Below are positions 38,970-51,960 of a DNA stretch of 64,000 nt, in pieces. The translations under genes were made by a program, and so were the position numbers. Location of the stretch: positions 22,754,001 through 22,818,000 of the forward strand of contig NC_043001.1 in assembly GCF_006345805.1 (NCBI RefSeq), written 5' to 3'. Source of the DNA: Octopus sinensis. Lineage: Eukaryota. The notes under the pieces were generated by a model. The model saw only the letters and a list, made by a program, of their open reading frames with translations. It had not been told where the DNA came from and searched no databases. Position 1 is the first letter of the stretch, and each line of letters opens with the position of its first letter.

Positions 38970-39680
38970 TAGGAGGGTGGGCTGAAAAGTTCAATGACTG
39001 ACTATGAAGGAGTGATGTTAGTGCTATGAAATCTTGCATGTATTAATTTCAGCTCTTATTTCGACAGCATTGTTTCTTCCCAGATAGTGACATCAGACTC
39101 TTCAAAGAAGACTTCAAAAATATCTGTAGCGACTTCTCTTGAAAACACAAAATTTAGCACCGTGGTGTTATCAAGTACCTGCAGAAAAAGGGTTTAGGCT
39201 CCCCCGCCCCGAAGGACATTCATGCTGACATGGTTGCCGCATTAGGAGATGACGCTCCAGCTTCATCAACATTGTAAAAGTGGGCAGCTGAATTTAGGAG
39301 AGGAACGGAGAGTATTGAAGATCACCCAAAGTGTGGACGTCCTGCGATGGCCACCACCGAGGAATACATTGACCGCGTTTACCACATGGTGATGTATGAA
39401 AGGCGATTGTCTATAAATCAAATAACCAATGTTATTAACACATCCCATGAAAGAGTTGAGAATATTTTGGGCAATGAACTTGGAATGATGAAGGTTTCTG
39501 CTCGGTGGGTGTCATGTCTGTTAACACCTGATCGAAAGCGCACCAGGTTTATCACATCATGGGAAAATCTGACATCGTTTGAGGCAGATCCAACTGATTT
39601 CCTTGAATATTTCCTAAGCTGGGATTGGTGTTCCGTTCATTACTTTGAGTTAGAGGTAACGAGATAATCACACAGTTCTT
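38970..39680 (+). mobile_element. Mariner 5' half
   Basis: TA-GGAGGGTGGGCTGAAAAGTTC terminus; HRGVIKYLQKKGL...EDHPKCGRPAMATTEE...LGMMKVSARWVSCLLTPDRKRTR. Confidence 0.85.
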
Positions 39681-40028
39681 GAGAAGACTAACGCTTGATA
39701 GAAAACCTGCACTGTTTCTGCTACAAAACATTTCAATGTCGTGCATGCCATTAGAATCCATTCGGACGAACATGTGCTTGAATCTGGAGAAAAAAAACAA
39801 AACACTTTTAATTTGGCTCAGCGTGCAGAAAAAGTGTAAGGGAAATAGATCCCATCTTTCTCTATAGGGATTCATCAACTTTTTTTCATTCATTCAGATA
39901 AATATTTTGCCTTTCTTTCTTTCTTTCTTCTTTCTTTCTTTCTTTCTTTCTTTCACTCGCACTATACACCCTTGTATTCTTTTACTGGTTCCACTCAGTT
40001 GTCTACCCCACACTAGGAACAGCATCAT

Positions 40029-40060
<32 letters not shown>

Positions 40061-40259
40061 GAAATGAGGTAATCAGAAGATCGGATGGTTTATATTTACA
40101 GATATTTATTTATATATTACATTTTTTACATATATATCATATCACTTAGATCATTAGCACTTTCTCCCATTCTAATGGGGTTTTCAAATCAATATATATA
40201 TATATATATTGTTTCGAATGTGTGTGAATGTGTATAGAATAGTATATCAGTTGAATAAA

Positions 40260-41040
40260 GTTAAAACTTAAACTGGTTTTCACGTATTTTTTATTATGCT
40301 ATTTTAACGAAATTAGCGCTTTCATACATAACATACTCATCAGATTTCAGATATGTTTAACTGACAGTTGAGTTCTTGACAACTTTAGTACCTCTTAGAA
40401 CGCTCACTCCAACCAGCTGAATTTTTAGAATACCTTTTTGATCAATCCACATGCTCTTAAACATCACCGTTTGCCAGGCATACCGATATTCTGTAACTTG
40501 TCTATATTTATTGATCCACGTTATTAACTGGTTTTTTATTTTTGCTGTAATTTCCGTTCAGAACAGGTTTGAACATTTTAATAAATCGTTTTTCTTTTAT
40601 CTTTCTTCCAATATCACTTTGTGGAAAGGAAAAATTGGAAACAAATTCTAACAGCATGTCTCTATATGTTCGATCAATGGAATTTGGCGAACATTGGTGT
40701 TCCGAATTTGTTGTCTGTGGACTCGTAAGCGTTTCGATAATGCATTCCCTGTCTCGCCTATATATAATTCCTCGTAATTCGGGCATTTAATGCAGTAGAT
40801 CAAATTTCGACTTCTGCAGTTCATATCTGCATTTGCGAAAATCTGTCCATTTTTTATTCTAATGGATCTACCCGTATGAATGTATTGACACGTTCCACAT
40901 CTGTTATCATTACACTTGGATACTGTGAATGTGTTATCCCGTTTGTTCATGTTGAATTTTGCAAGGCAAAATTCAATATGAACAAAGGGGATAACACATT
41001 CACAGTTTTTCCTTTAACATTGACTTATTAAACGTGTTTC
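40260..41040 (-). mobile_element. Penelope-like element 3' part: GIY-YIG endonuclease and 3' UTR with a decayed hammerhead-like motif
   Basis: KCNDNRCGTC...NLIYCIKCPNYEELYIGETG...RLRVHRQQ at 40648-40950, then frameshifted EKRFIKMFKPVLN; CTGATGA-GTATG/TGTAT-GAAA on the same strand at about 40320-40343. Confidence 0.85.
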
Positions 41041-41357
41041 AACGTAGTACATTAAATGCCAACACGTCTTGTGACGCAATCTCAGTAAGTAAACTGAGGA
41101 TTGTCTCCAAATATAATACATAAAAATGATTAATTCATTTAAAGGTTAGTGGAATTTAGAATAAATAATTTCTGTATTTTCTAAATGAAAACAAAACAAA
41201 ACAAAACAACCAGAGAGTCCGATGTTCGTGAGTTTATGACACGAACTTATCCAAACTTATCCAAACTCACAAGTTCAGCTCTTCATATTCACAGTGCAAA
41301 TCTCCCCGGAGTTAACTTTGCATTTCCCTCTTTAGGAGTCGGTAAAGTAAAATACCA

Positions 41358-41550
41358 GAAATTTGTATCTACTACATTAAATACCCGAATCACGAGGAAT
41401 TATATATAGGCGAGACAGGGAATGCATTATCGAAACGCTTACGAGTCCACAGACAACAAATTCGGAACACCAATGTTTGCCAAATTCCATTGAGCGAACA
41501 TATAGAGACATGTTGTTAGAATATGTTTCTAATTTTTCCTTTCCACAAAG
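41358..41550 (+). repeat. Inverted copy of 40617-40808 (GIY-YIG segment) inside a SINE-A variant
   Basis: 192-193 bp with 8 substitutions and 1 indel by eye; flanked by SINE core (...AAATACCAG) and SINE tail (AAGATTGCTGGCTTTGTGCC). Confidence 0.85.
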
Positions 41551-42217
41551 CTTTCCTCTTAAGATTGCTGGCTTTGTGCCTTAATCAGAAAATTTTTCAA
41601 CAAAAAAAAATGTGATGGCGAGGGATGAACAGAATTTCGGAAAACATGTCAGGCGGCATATACCGGGATTTTTATGTTCTGAGTTCAGATCTCGTCGGGG
41701 TCATCTTTGTTTTTAATCTTTTTGGTGTTGATAGAATAAAGCACCAGTCGAATAATGGCGGTGGTGCCGATGTAATCGACTCACCCATCTTCTTGAAACT
41801 GCCAGCTTTGTACCTTATCAGAAACAATTTTTAAAGAAAAGCGCTTAGATAAATATGATAGAAGTATCATAGAAATACAAGCCCTGGGCGCTATTATATA
41901 TTAATCGGTATAAGACATTAAAATTGTTTAAAAAATATAAATCCTCTAAGTATGATATATTACAAACAAATTCAGACGAAACAAAGTAATGTAAATTCGT
42001 TGTAGCTTCTTATTTGAGTGCAATATTCTTTTCGTCTGTAAATGACAGAACATAACCGACGGAAATTAATAGCTTTCTTCCATCGTTTGCAAAGTTTCTA
42101 ATATAAAAAATTCCTTAGAATGTTATAAAAACAAAAAACAATGTTTTCTGATGACGAATATCAAACTGCTGAAGATGTAAAGGTTTAGCTTTGCGCCCAG
42201 GTGAAAGTATAACATAC

Positions 42218-42251
42218 ATTAATTGATGCCCCGAAGCAAACATCTCCAAAT
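42218..42251 (-). CDS. Candidate 34-nt exon (FGDVCFGASIN in phase 2 to 0, or LEMFASGHQL)
   Basis: Acceptor TTCTGTTCTCTTCCTTCTTGTACACACAG and donor AAT|GTATGT. Confidence 0.3.
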
Positions 42252-42630
42252 CTGTGTGTACAAGAAGGAAGAGAACAGAAGGTTGATCTGAAGAACGATA
42301 CGTACGCTGGATAAGTTTAAGTAAACATTATAGCATGATATAAACATTATAGTATGCCCTTGCAACTGGATACTGTACCAACAGAGAATCAAGACAGCTC
42401 CGTAGATTAAAATATCTTCAATCGTATGTACACAATATGCACACGCGTTGGTGGGCTAATAGAATAAACAAAATTAACAAAGAACAAAAAGAAAATTTAA
42501 TGTTAAAAAACATAACTAAATCTCCCTTTTTAGTATATCAGATGCGAGATTAGTTACTGTAAAATTATTTTAACAATCCAAAGATTTAAAATTTCAACAC
42601 TATCCCAACGTTACATTCACTCTGTTATAA

Positions 42631-42779
42631 CTGGTACTTAATTTATCGACCCCCGAAAGGATGAAAGGCAAAGTCGACCTCGGCGGGATTTGAACTCAGA
42701 ACGTAACGCCAGACGAAATACCGCTACGCATTTCACCCGGCGTGCTAACGATTCTGCCAGCTCACCGCCTTATAACAGC
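42631..42779 (-). mobile_element. SINE family A lacking the tail
   Basis: 14-bp TSD TCACTCTGTTATAA at 42617 and 42780. Confidence 0.85.
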
Positions 42780-43199
42780 TCACTCTGTTATAAACCGTTT
42801 CATTATCATCATTACCCCTTTAAGGTACTTTCTCTCTTGAACAGTAAGTTGATAAACAGTAAGAAACATCATATGGTCTACATTTAGAAAAAAAGAAAAA
42901 TGATCCAGGCCAGATCGCTCATAAACAGTATATATACATTGTGTTTATATACTCTGTACATGATACATACAGCTGTAGCGGTGTTGAATAACACAGATAC
43001 TCATAGATACTCACATATACTATACCACATGAATGTAGTTTCCTCTAAAATTGATATCATTTTGTGATAATTGATGATAAATAATATACTCCACAGACAA
43101 ACACACACACAAGGAAAAAGGGAGACAAGAAAATATATGTTTGACTCGTCATAACAGCTATTCATTAAGGGTTCATAAACTCTGTAAGTTTTGTAGAAC

Positions 43200-43360
43200 A
43201 TTTTACAGACCTTTTGAGATTTATGTTTAACTCAAATTTCAGTAGATTGATTGCTCGGAGGGAAAGTATTCCAGATGGTTGCGATCTGGAGTGTTTATGG
43301 CGGAAGGATTGTACGAGATGTTTGTTATGTATTTCGAACATAAAATTCAGATGAGGAGCG
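43200..43360 (-). mobile_element. CR1/L2-like LINE ORF2 C-terminal remnant
   Basis: IATIWNTFPPSNQS resembles the WNSLP motif. Confidence 0.4.
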
Positions 43361-44109
43361 GCGGGTGCCTGGGGGGGGGGGGGTAAACCTAGATGAGGTG
43401 GTACACAGCTTGCCAGTACAGAGAAGTAGGAACTGTGCAGTGGTAGTGATGGTAATAGTGGTGGTGGTGGTGGTGATTGTAGTGATGCTGGTGGTGGTAG
43501 TAGTAGTAGTAGTTTTGTTAAAGGTGAGCTAGTAGTTACAGTGTATTTGGCGAGTAAAAGATTGCTAATCAATTGGCCGGGTATTTTTAAACGGTGTGTG
43601 TATGTAGCATCTGCACTGTCCCAGATGTAGGCCACACCTGTTTTTCTGTGAGGGTCAGCAACCCTTCATTGCTAAAATATTTTCTGGTCCTTAAGATGAA
43701 ACCTAGTACTCGCGATGTTTTCTTTTTCTTTTACGTCATCGGTGTGTTGTTATCATGAGAGTTTATCAGAGTTTAAGTGGTTGCACATTTCTGGAAACTT
43801 TGCAGGTTATAGTATTAGACTCCACGAGTGTCAACGTGTAACTTTTCTTTTCATTTGGATTCAAACAATATAACATTTTATCTAGAATATCTTTCTATAG
43901 TCAACTGTTGTAAAGGACATTTTATACGACGACGACGACTCATTTTGTATATGAGTGTCTCTGTGAGTGTGTGTTTTTTTGTGTGTTGTTACGTAAATGT
44001 ATATCTGTGTGTGTCTGTCTTAGTATATGTATGTGAGTGTATGTGAGAGTGTATGTGACATCGTATGTGTGTGTAAGTGTATGTGTGATTGTCAATCACA
44101 CTGATATAA

Positions 44110-44808
44110 ACTGGCTATCTGAGCGCTATACTGGCTCCAACTGTGAAAGAGCTATACTGGCTTCAATACCCGGTTGAGTTTCTGAAAATATTAAAACCCA
44201 CTGGGATGCCGCCGCATAACTTTACACTAAAGCTGGATGCTTCCATTGTGTTGCTTACGAATCTTGACACACCTCGCCTGTGTAATGAAACTCGCTTAAT
44301 TGTTACTTCCATGAAGCCTCATGTCCTACAAGCAACAATCATAACAAGTAGTCACAAAGAAGAAAATGTCTTTGTTCCAAAATTTCCTCTCATACCTACA
44401 GATGTTCCATTTGAATTTAAGAGGCTTCAGTTTCCAGCCAAACTAAGTTTTGGTATTTCAATTAACAAATCTAAGGGTCAACTCCTCAAGGTAGTTGGAC
44501 TTCATCTCTCTACTACACGCTTCTCCCACGGCCAACTCTATGTTGGTTGCTCACGAGCTGGAAGTAGCAACAATCTATTCTTTTGGACACCAACAAAAAA
44601 ATTACACAATGAATTTTATTTAACCTGGGGTGCTTCAAGATTGACAGATTTTCAGTTCTAAGTTCTATTATCATTACAATTTGGATTTTTAAAAATAAGA
44701 TTTAGATATTTTGAAATAATTATGAGAAAAAATATATCTTCATATTTATTGTTTAGTAATCGGAATAAGAACGGCAGTAACCCAGGCAACGCCAGGTAAT
44801 TCAGCTAG
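44110..44808 (+). mobile_element. Helitron 3' end: PIF1 helicase C-terminus and terminus
   Basis: YPVEFLKILKPTGMPPH...RLCNETRLIV...FKRLQFPAKLSFGISINKSKGQ...FSHGQLYVGCSR at 44143-44661; CCCAGGCAACGCCAGG hairpin then CTAG at 44805-44808. Confidence 0.9.
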
Positions 44809-44840
44809 TATATATATATATATATATATGGAGAGAGAAG

Positions 44841-44895
<55 letters not shown>

Positions 44896-45379
44896 AGATG
44901 AGGTCGAGAGAATCTCAATAAAGAAAACACTAGCTCTGAAATGATTTGAACTTAAACTCCGATATCTTCACCGAGGACCAAGTCAATAGCGTAAGGCATG
45001 GCTGTAAGAGGAATCCAAGCGAGCAAATAGTGAGGCAGTGATTCAAACAAACAGATAAAATTTTGAGTTTTAGTGTACAAAATATATATGCATGTATACA
45101 TGTAAAAAGAGAAGGCAGACTCAAAATTTTCAGATGGTAATCAATCAGGTAAGAACATATATATATATTTCTTATAGAGAAGACTTACCCAGATTACATA
45201 CATTCAAAGAATTAGAAGGGAGAAGGCGTTACAAGTCCGACAGCTATTTCTGAGGGCTCGGAGTTGCTTCATAATGTTGGCAGATGTAGTTGACGTAGCC
45301 GGTAATGGAAACAGACATTGGCAAACTCCAGAGTCTCCTTCATGAGGATGGAGTCCATATATATATTTGGTCTAAAGTC

Positions 45380-45660
45380 GTAAGACAACCATCGTTATAT
45401 TTTGTTTATCCATTACTGTTTTCAATTTCGTTTTCGTCTCTTGTATTTACATCCGTCTCGTGCGTTCACATTCCTGTCTTCTACCAAGAAATCTAATGCT
45501 TACAGCTTAGTTTTTTTCTTGGGGCTGGCCGAGTTGGAGCAAATATCAGAATTGAACAGCCGAAATTTGCTATGATGATTCGGTGTCTGACTGAAGATTG
45601 AAGGCTTCGAATGATTTGTCTGTGTTCGTCCCTTCCTGTATTTCACGTTCTTTATATATA
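45380..45660 (+). repeat. Diverged homologue of the 59-61 kb repeat unit (reverse orientation)
   Basis: Shared blocks CGTAAGACA, CAGCT(T)AGTTTTT...GGGCTGGCCG, CAGCCGAAATT, GACTGAAGA and TTCGAATG in the same order. Confidence 0.6.
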
Positions 45661-45672
45661 AAAACATTTATT

Positions 45673-45744
<72 letters not shown>

Positions 45745-45809
45745 TATTAAACTATGGTTGCAGAACAAACAAGTATAAGGCCATCCACGTAACATTTCAT
45801 AACTCGAAC

Positions 45810-45855
<46 letters not shown>

Positions 45856-46097
45856 GCGAGAGAGAGAAAGAGAGAAAGAGAGAGAAAGGGAGAGAGAGAG
45901 AGAAAGGGAGAGAGAGAAAGAGGTTCGTAAGTGTTGCGGTTAGGAGCTCAGAAATACACTCAGCGGGAGATAGGAAACATCACCACATGACTAAGCGTCT
46001 TGTATGATTGAAGCGACCAGAGTAGTACTACACTCGCAGGGAGAGATAGATAGATAGATAGAGAGATAGATAGAGAGATAGAGAGAGATAGAGAGAA

Positions 46098-46128
<31 letters not shown>

Positions 46129-46369
46129 AAAGGTCGTAAAGGAAAATGTAGGACAAGCTTACTTATGTGAAGCGAAACTGACAGCAAATGTGATATCTTT
46201 ATCTGCAAGTGTACTGCTTACAGAACCATTAGGTAAAATTCCACAAAATCTGTGAAGATTTTCTTAGTAATGGAACATAAATCTCGCCTATAATTTGAAA
46301 GGCGAGAATGAACTGGGGTAACTAGATGCTGTTTCAGCAGTCGATAACGACTCTTGCAAGGTTTGTATT

Positions 46370-46600
46370 TACTTGCTGGTTCTGAAAGAAGGGATAGTCA
46401 GTCCCCTTGATATTTGCAGGTACTCCGAAACTGGTGTGATCGAAGCTGTTAATGTTTCGGTTAAATTGTTGTCAGTTGACACTAACAGGAACGACATGAA
46501 CCGGAAGAAGATTCCAGAGGGGCCGATGTCTAGGGGGATGAAAGAACTGGACATAGGGTTCAGTCCGGGATCTGGAGGGCTGGACATAACAAAAGTGATG
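46370..46600 (-). mobile_element. CR1/Jockey-like LINE ORF2 C-terminal remnant
   Basis: RPLWNLLPVHVV followed by frameshifted EYLQISRGLTIPS resembles GPRLWNSLP...LDKYLQTIPDEP. Confidence 0.45.
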
Positions 46601-46660
46601 TGGCTTTATATCAATTTGATAAAATGTAACAACATTACAGTATAATACAAATATAGTACA

Positions 46661-46976
46661 GCCGTGGCTGAGTGGTTAGGGGCATTCGGCTCATGATCGT
46701 AACGTCGTGAGTTCAATTCCCGGCGGCGCGTTGTGTCCTTGAGCAAGACACTTTATTTCATGTTGCTCCAGTCCACTCAGCTGGCAAAAATGAGTAGTAC
46801 CTGTATTTCAAAGGGCCAGCCTTGTCACACTCTGTGTCACGCTGACTCTCCCCGAGAACTACGTTAAGGGTACACGTGTTTGTGGATTGCTCAGCCACTT
46901 GTACGTTAATTTCACGAGCAAGCTGTTCCGTTGATCGTATCAGCTGGGACCCTCGTCGTCGCAACCGACGGAGTGC
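46661..46976 (+). mobile_element. SINE family D (V-like core) with tail ending AACCGACGGAGTGC
   Basis: tRNA-like head, GTTGTGTCCTTGAGCAAGACAC, GTTGCTCCAGTCCACTCAGCTGGC. Confidence 0.85.
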
Positions 46977-47675
46977 TTTCTCTCTCTCTCTCACACACAG
47001 CTGTTATGTTTTAAGCAACAGGAGAAACCTAAACTGCTTCCCAGTTGAATAATAGTTTGTATTCGCATTAGAAATCTAGATGCTATATGAGTAATCCAAA
47101 GTAGAACTGAACAACTCTTCTCAAAAGCATTATAGCAACACCCACGACAGAAAAAAAAATCAAGAGTACTTCAGAAACCTTACATTGCACAAAATCAGAC
47201 TTTATTTTACTACGCAAGAAGTATGATAATTACCACAAGCGCTGTATGTATTATCAAGTTGGATCTTTATTACGGCTATAATACTTTTGCTATAGCACTA
47301 TACACTATACAATGGTATAGTGCTAACATTATAGTTATAACACGTTACCGAACGGTGATAATATCATGGCTATAGTAATATATCTATAGCGTCTTTGCTA
47401 TATACCCTACTCCTATTAAGAAGCCAAATCTCAAGTTACAGGCGCACTTTCTATTCGTTTTACTACAAGCTCCTCACATATTAACTTACTAAACAACTGT
47501 AAACATCATTCTCGGTATGTGAAGTCATTTGGTTTCTATGTTCTTTAGCAGACCTCCTCCTGTTTTCACCTTTCCTTTTAACTCTCTCTCCCCTTTCACA
47601 TTTCCTCTGACCCGTATGCTCAAGAATTTTAAGCGTTTATTTATTTAGCTACGTGAAGCTATATTACTTTCTCAC

Positions 47676-47712
47676 CTTTATAGGGTAACATAGTTTTGAA
47701 TATCGACGATTG
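47676..47712 (-). CDS. Candidate 37-nt exon (QSSIFKTMLPYK or NRRYSKLCYPIK)
   Basis: Acceptor TTTTTTTCCCCTTAACCATAG and donor AAG|GTGAGA; repeat-poor context. Confidence 0.35.
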
Positions 47713-47962
47713 CTATGGTTAAGGGGAAAAAAATATTTATTCATAAAATGCATTAACTAAAGCTGAGGATTAAACAATTGTAATTGAAACTACGACTATG
47801 ATGCATCATAAATCAGCTCCTGTACTTGACTGCCACTATATTTTACCGACCCTGAAGGATGAAAGTCAAGTTGACCTCGGTAGGATTTGAACTCAGAATG
47901 TAAAGGGTCGTAACTAAGTACGTCAATGTATTTTGTCCGACGCTGTAATAATTCTCCTAATT

Positions 47963-48162
47963 TTGTTTTTTATTGCCCACAAGGGGCTAAACATAGAGAG
48001 GACAAACAAAGACAGACATAGGGATTAAGTCGATTAACTGGTACTTAATTTATCGACCCCGAAAGGATGAAAGGCAAAGTCGACCTCGGCGGAATTTGAA
48101 CTCACAACGTAACGGCAGACGAAATACCGCTAAGCATTTCGCCCGGCATGCTAACGTTTCTG
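47963..48162 (-). mobile_element. SINE family A, 5'-truncated
   Basis: 16-bp TSD AATAATTCTCCTAATT at 47947 and 48163. Confidence 0.85.
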
Positions 48163-51159
48163 AATAATTCTCCTAATTGACTTGCTTACTGTAAGAACTT
48201 TGCCTATTTTCAATGGAATCTTAATAAATAAAGTAGCGAACCATTATATATTAAACCTGTTAACCAATTTAAATTGCACAAAATACGAAATGAAAGACAA
48301 AGTGTCAATAACACTTGAGATATTTTTTTTATCATAGACCGAGTGGATATACTTACATACTTGGTTCATAGGTTCGCGTTCTGATGTCAGCATTGCATAA
48401 TAACATTTATTTATATATTTATTTGCTCTGCTAGTTAGTTGTTTGTATCATGTAACCAGAAGCCCAATTAATGAGATATCAACCGAATCAAGTCTGTAAA
48501 TGGGAATGTGGCTTCTGAGCATTTCGAAGTCACAGTCATAAACCTTCATCTCTTGCCATATGTAGGCAGGCTTTTGTCCACTGTCTTTATTTTATAGTAA
48601 TATACATGTAAAACTTCACGAACAAAATTCCAAAAGAAAGTCAGACACCAATATAAAGTTTATACATAATGAAAAATTTCACAGATGGCTTTTCAGAATA
48701 TTATTTTCGTCTTCCTAGTTTATGATATACGGTTTCACCAAGATGTATGTCTAAGTGCAAACAATAATATTGAGAATGCAATGAATAATGTTTCCTGAAT
48801 AAAAGTTGTGATGCCTAATATTAAGAGTAGGGACTTAAAGATAATAAACAAAGTACAGAGCAAGACATAACATTTTCCAGCAAGCTGAGTACGAAAACAG
48901 GACTCGATTCTCTGCCTTAATGTTACTAATTTAAGGAAGTAGTGAAATGGGGTAATTTCGTTCTGTCTTAGAAATGCATGGTTTTGAGAGAAGTAATTAA
49001 AATCAGATAACTTTCGAGCGGCGCTTCATTTATTTACAACACCGAATTCATTAACTTTTATATTCAAACTAGGAACTGAAACCGGATTGCGGACTGTAAC
49101 ATGTTTATTTTTACTGGTTTTAACCTAGAGGCTGAAGCCATGCTAGGGCACACACCCTAAGTAAAAAAAAAAAAAAAGAAAGAAAAATGTTAATGGTCTC
49201 AACTAGAAATTGAACCTTAGTTGTGATCTATGCTACCTATTCGTTGTTTATTTTTTATGTTAAAAGAAAAAAAAAATAACTGTTTCGAATGAAATCGTCC
49301 ACTCTGGAATATGGCCCAGTTGATGCTTGCAAATCATAAAAGGAATATCTCGTTTTCTCACTTTTCATCTGAAAGGGAGGTTAGAAAAAACTGTTTTGTC
49401 ACTGAATCCGAAGCTATTTCACCTTGGAATTTCTGGTATTTGCATACATACAGTTTTAACAATGATGATAAATATGATAGACGGGTTGTTACTACGACTA
49501 AAAATTTTATTTATTGCTATTTTCATGTCTTCCGGGCTAACATTTTTAATAGTTTTAATTTATAGGAAAATATTCCAAGTTTTTAGTTAAAAACCATTAC
49601 CGAATTACATGGCTTGATTTGGAAACCGTTATTTCCTGTTTTTCTCTAACCGCTATATTTGCAGTCGCATACTTTTTAACATTAATTATATACACGTTCA
49701 AAATTAATTAACTTCTTATAAATTCAGAGAATAAAACTGGTCTTCCTTCCAATAAAAAGCTAATTCGTAAGAGAAAAAAAAAATCCCTGAACGTTTCAAG
49801 TGAAAGCCAATCACAAGATACTTTTCATGTTATTTTATCTGTTAAGTCGAACAAAACAAACTACAAACCAAGACTCCATGTTGGATTTCTTCCAGCGATG
49901 TTAATATTGCAACTCTGGAGAAAACTTCAGTTTGAAAGTTCGTATCAGATTATATCTTTCAAAACTTCTATTTGTTATTTGTGTTTACTTTTCATCTCGT
50001 TGTTCCGTATACAAGGTGAATGCATAATATTTCATATATACAGTATAGCTTAAAAAAACTCAACAGTCGAAAAGGAAACTAAAATGTAAAGCTTTCTACT
50101 CAAATTTTGAATGGCAGATATTTAACTTTTTAAACGAAGCATAACTTGCTAATTCAATGAATTTGCGTTTCGCATTTCATTTCAAAGGAATGAGTAATTT
50201 GTATTAACATATTCGACTCTGTTTAAAAACGAAAAATATATTTTAAGACACGTAATTTCTTTCACTTATAAATATTTTTGTATTTTTTTTCACTTTAATA
50301 AAAAGGCTTAATAAAATACCCACCACCTTCTTCGCATAGCATTTTTTCAATTCAACGAGGCAGACGATTCAATCGATAGTTCTATCAACCTTTCACAATG
50401 TACAGACAAGTCGTCCAGATTTTTAGTTTATCAAAAACTTTAAACTTTCTATATAACATGTAACAATGTTCCGTGAAGACCAATTTCCCTGACTGCACAA
50501 GCCTTCGCTTAATTTCTAACGTATTAAATTGAAACGGAAACGATCATTGTTTGTATTCCACCCACTTCCTCTCTCTGTGTCTACTTAGTAAACATGAAAT
50601 TCATGAAAACAGCTGCTTCCCTCCAAACAAAACCTCAAGCTCAGTTGCACGTTCCATACTTTCCTCTCCTCATAAACGATATTTTTACCTAACCTCACAA
50701 CGCTCACGCCGGTGACACCACGAGCTTCGATAGCTTCTACCACAAAAACATCATCTACACGCAACCGTGCACTACTTCAATGAAGAGAGACCTGAGAAAT
50801 ATTCAATGGAGACATGGCTACAGTCTTTAAAAGCACCGAGGCAATGACTATGGTATCAGGGACACAGTATACCATAAGATATTTTATACTTGAATAAACT
50901 CAAAGAAAAGATAATCAAAATGCTTATCACTTTTTACGTTTGTTATTGCTTTGATTGGTTATACAGCCTGAGTGGTTAAACTACTTTCAAATTTCATGGG
51001 ACTGGACATCAATTCCTTTGTGATCACTAAGAAAATTTGCCTTTGTAGTGTTCCTATAATTTGTTCAATGGCAAACCAAAGTAGTAGTCGTCGAGATCTC
51101 CAAACAGTTTCCGTCCACTGGTCGCTAGTATGGGCTGTCAAAATACTTCAGATATTTTT

Positions 51160-51487
51160 TTATTTGTTTCAGTCATTTGACTGCGGCCATGCTGGAGCAC
51201 CATTTTTAGTCGACCTCAGGACTTATTCTAACAGTCACGTTTGCTGAACCGCAAAGTTACGGGGACGTAAACAAGTCAACATCGGTTGTCAAGCGATGGT
51301 GGTGGGACAAGGACGCACAAACATATATATACGACGGCCTTCTTTCAGTTTCCGTCTACCAAATCCACTTACAAGGCTTTGGTCGGCCTGAGGCTATAGT
51401 ATAAGTCACCTGCCCAAGGTGCCACGCAGTGGGACTGAACCCGGGACCATGTGGTTAGTAAGCAAGCTACTTACCACACAGCCACTC
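51160..51487 (-). mobile_element. SINE family B
   Basis: Family match. Confidence 0.85.
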
Positions 51488-51502
51488 TTTAGTGATTTCG
51501 TT

Positions 51503-51720
51503 AAGGTGGCAAGATCGTTAGCACATCGGGCAAAATGCTTAGCGACATTTCGCCTTTCTTTACGTTCTGAGTTCAAATTCCGCAGAGGCCATTTTTGCCT
51601 TTCATCTTTTGGGCGTAAAGGTCGATAAAATTAGTATCAGTCGAACATTGGGGTCGATGTAATCGACTTAGCCCCTCCGCTGAAATGGCTGGCCTTGTGC
51701 TAAAATTTGAAACCAATATC
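51503..51720 (+). mobile_element. SINE family A variant with the alternative tail
   Basis: Family match. Confidence 0.75.
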
Positions 51721-51925
51721 AATGATTTTGTAAACTACCAGAAGGCCATCCCTTACCCAAAAATGGTGTGGCCTACAGCTGAGACGGGGAAAATGCTACA
51801 CTCAAATGTTTTTTTTTCTAAATTAAACTTGACGGAACCAGTATGGGACGGAGAAATATTAGTCAAGACCAGTACACTGGTATTTTATTTTAACAATTCC
51901 GGAAGGATCGGTAAGCATTATATAT

Positions 51926-51959
<34 letters not shown>

Positions 51960-51960
51960 A

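Noticed and set aside
46369-46645. Overlapping GC-richer ORFs that looked like an exon
   Set aside because: A minus-strand frame gives LWNLLP, typical of a LINE ORF2 C-terminus.
47293-47325. 11-bp perfect hairpin TAGCACTATAC/GTATAGTGCTA
   Set aside because: Too short and AT-rich, and the extension needs a large bulge, so it is not pre-miRNA-like.
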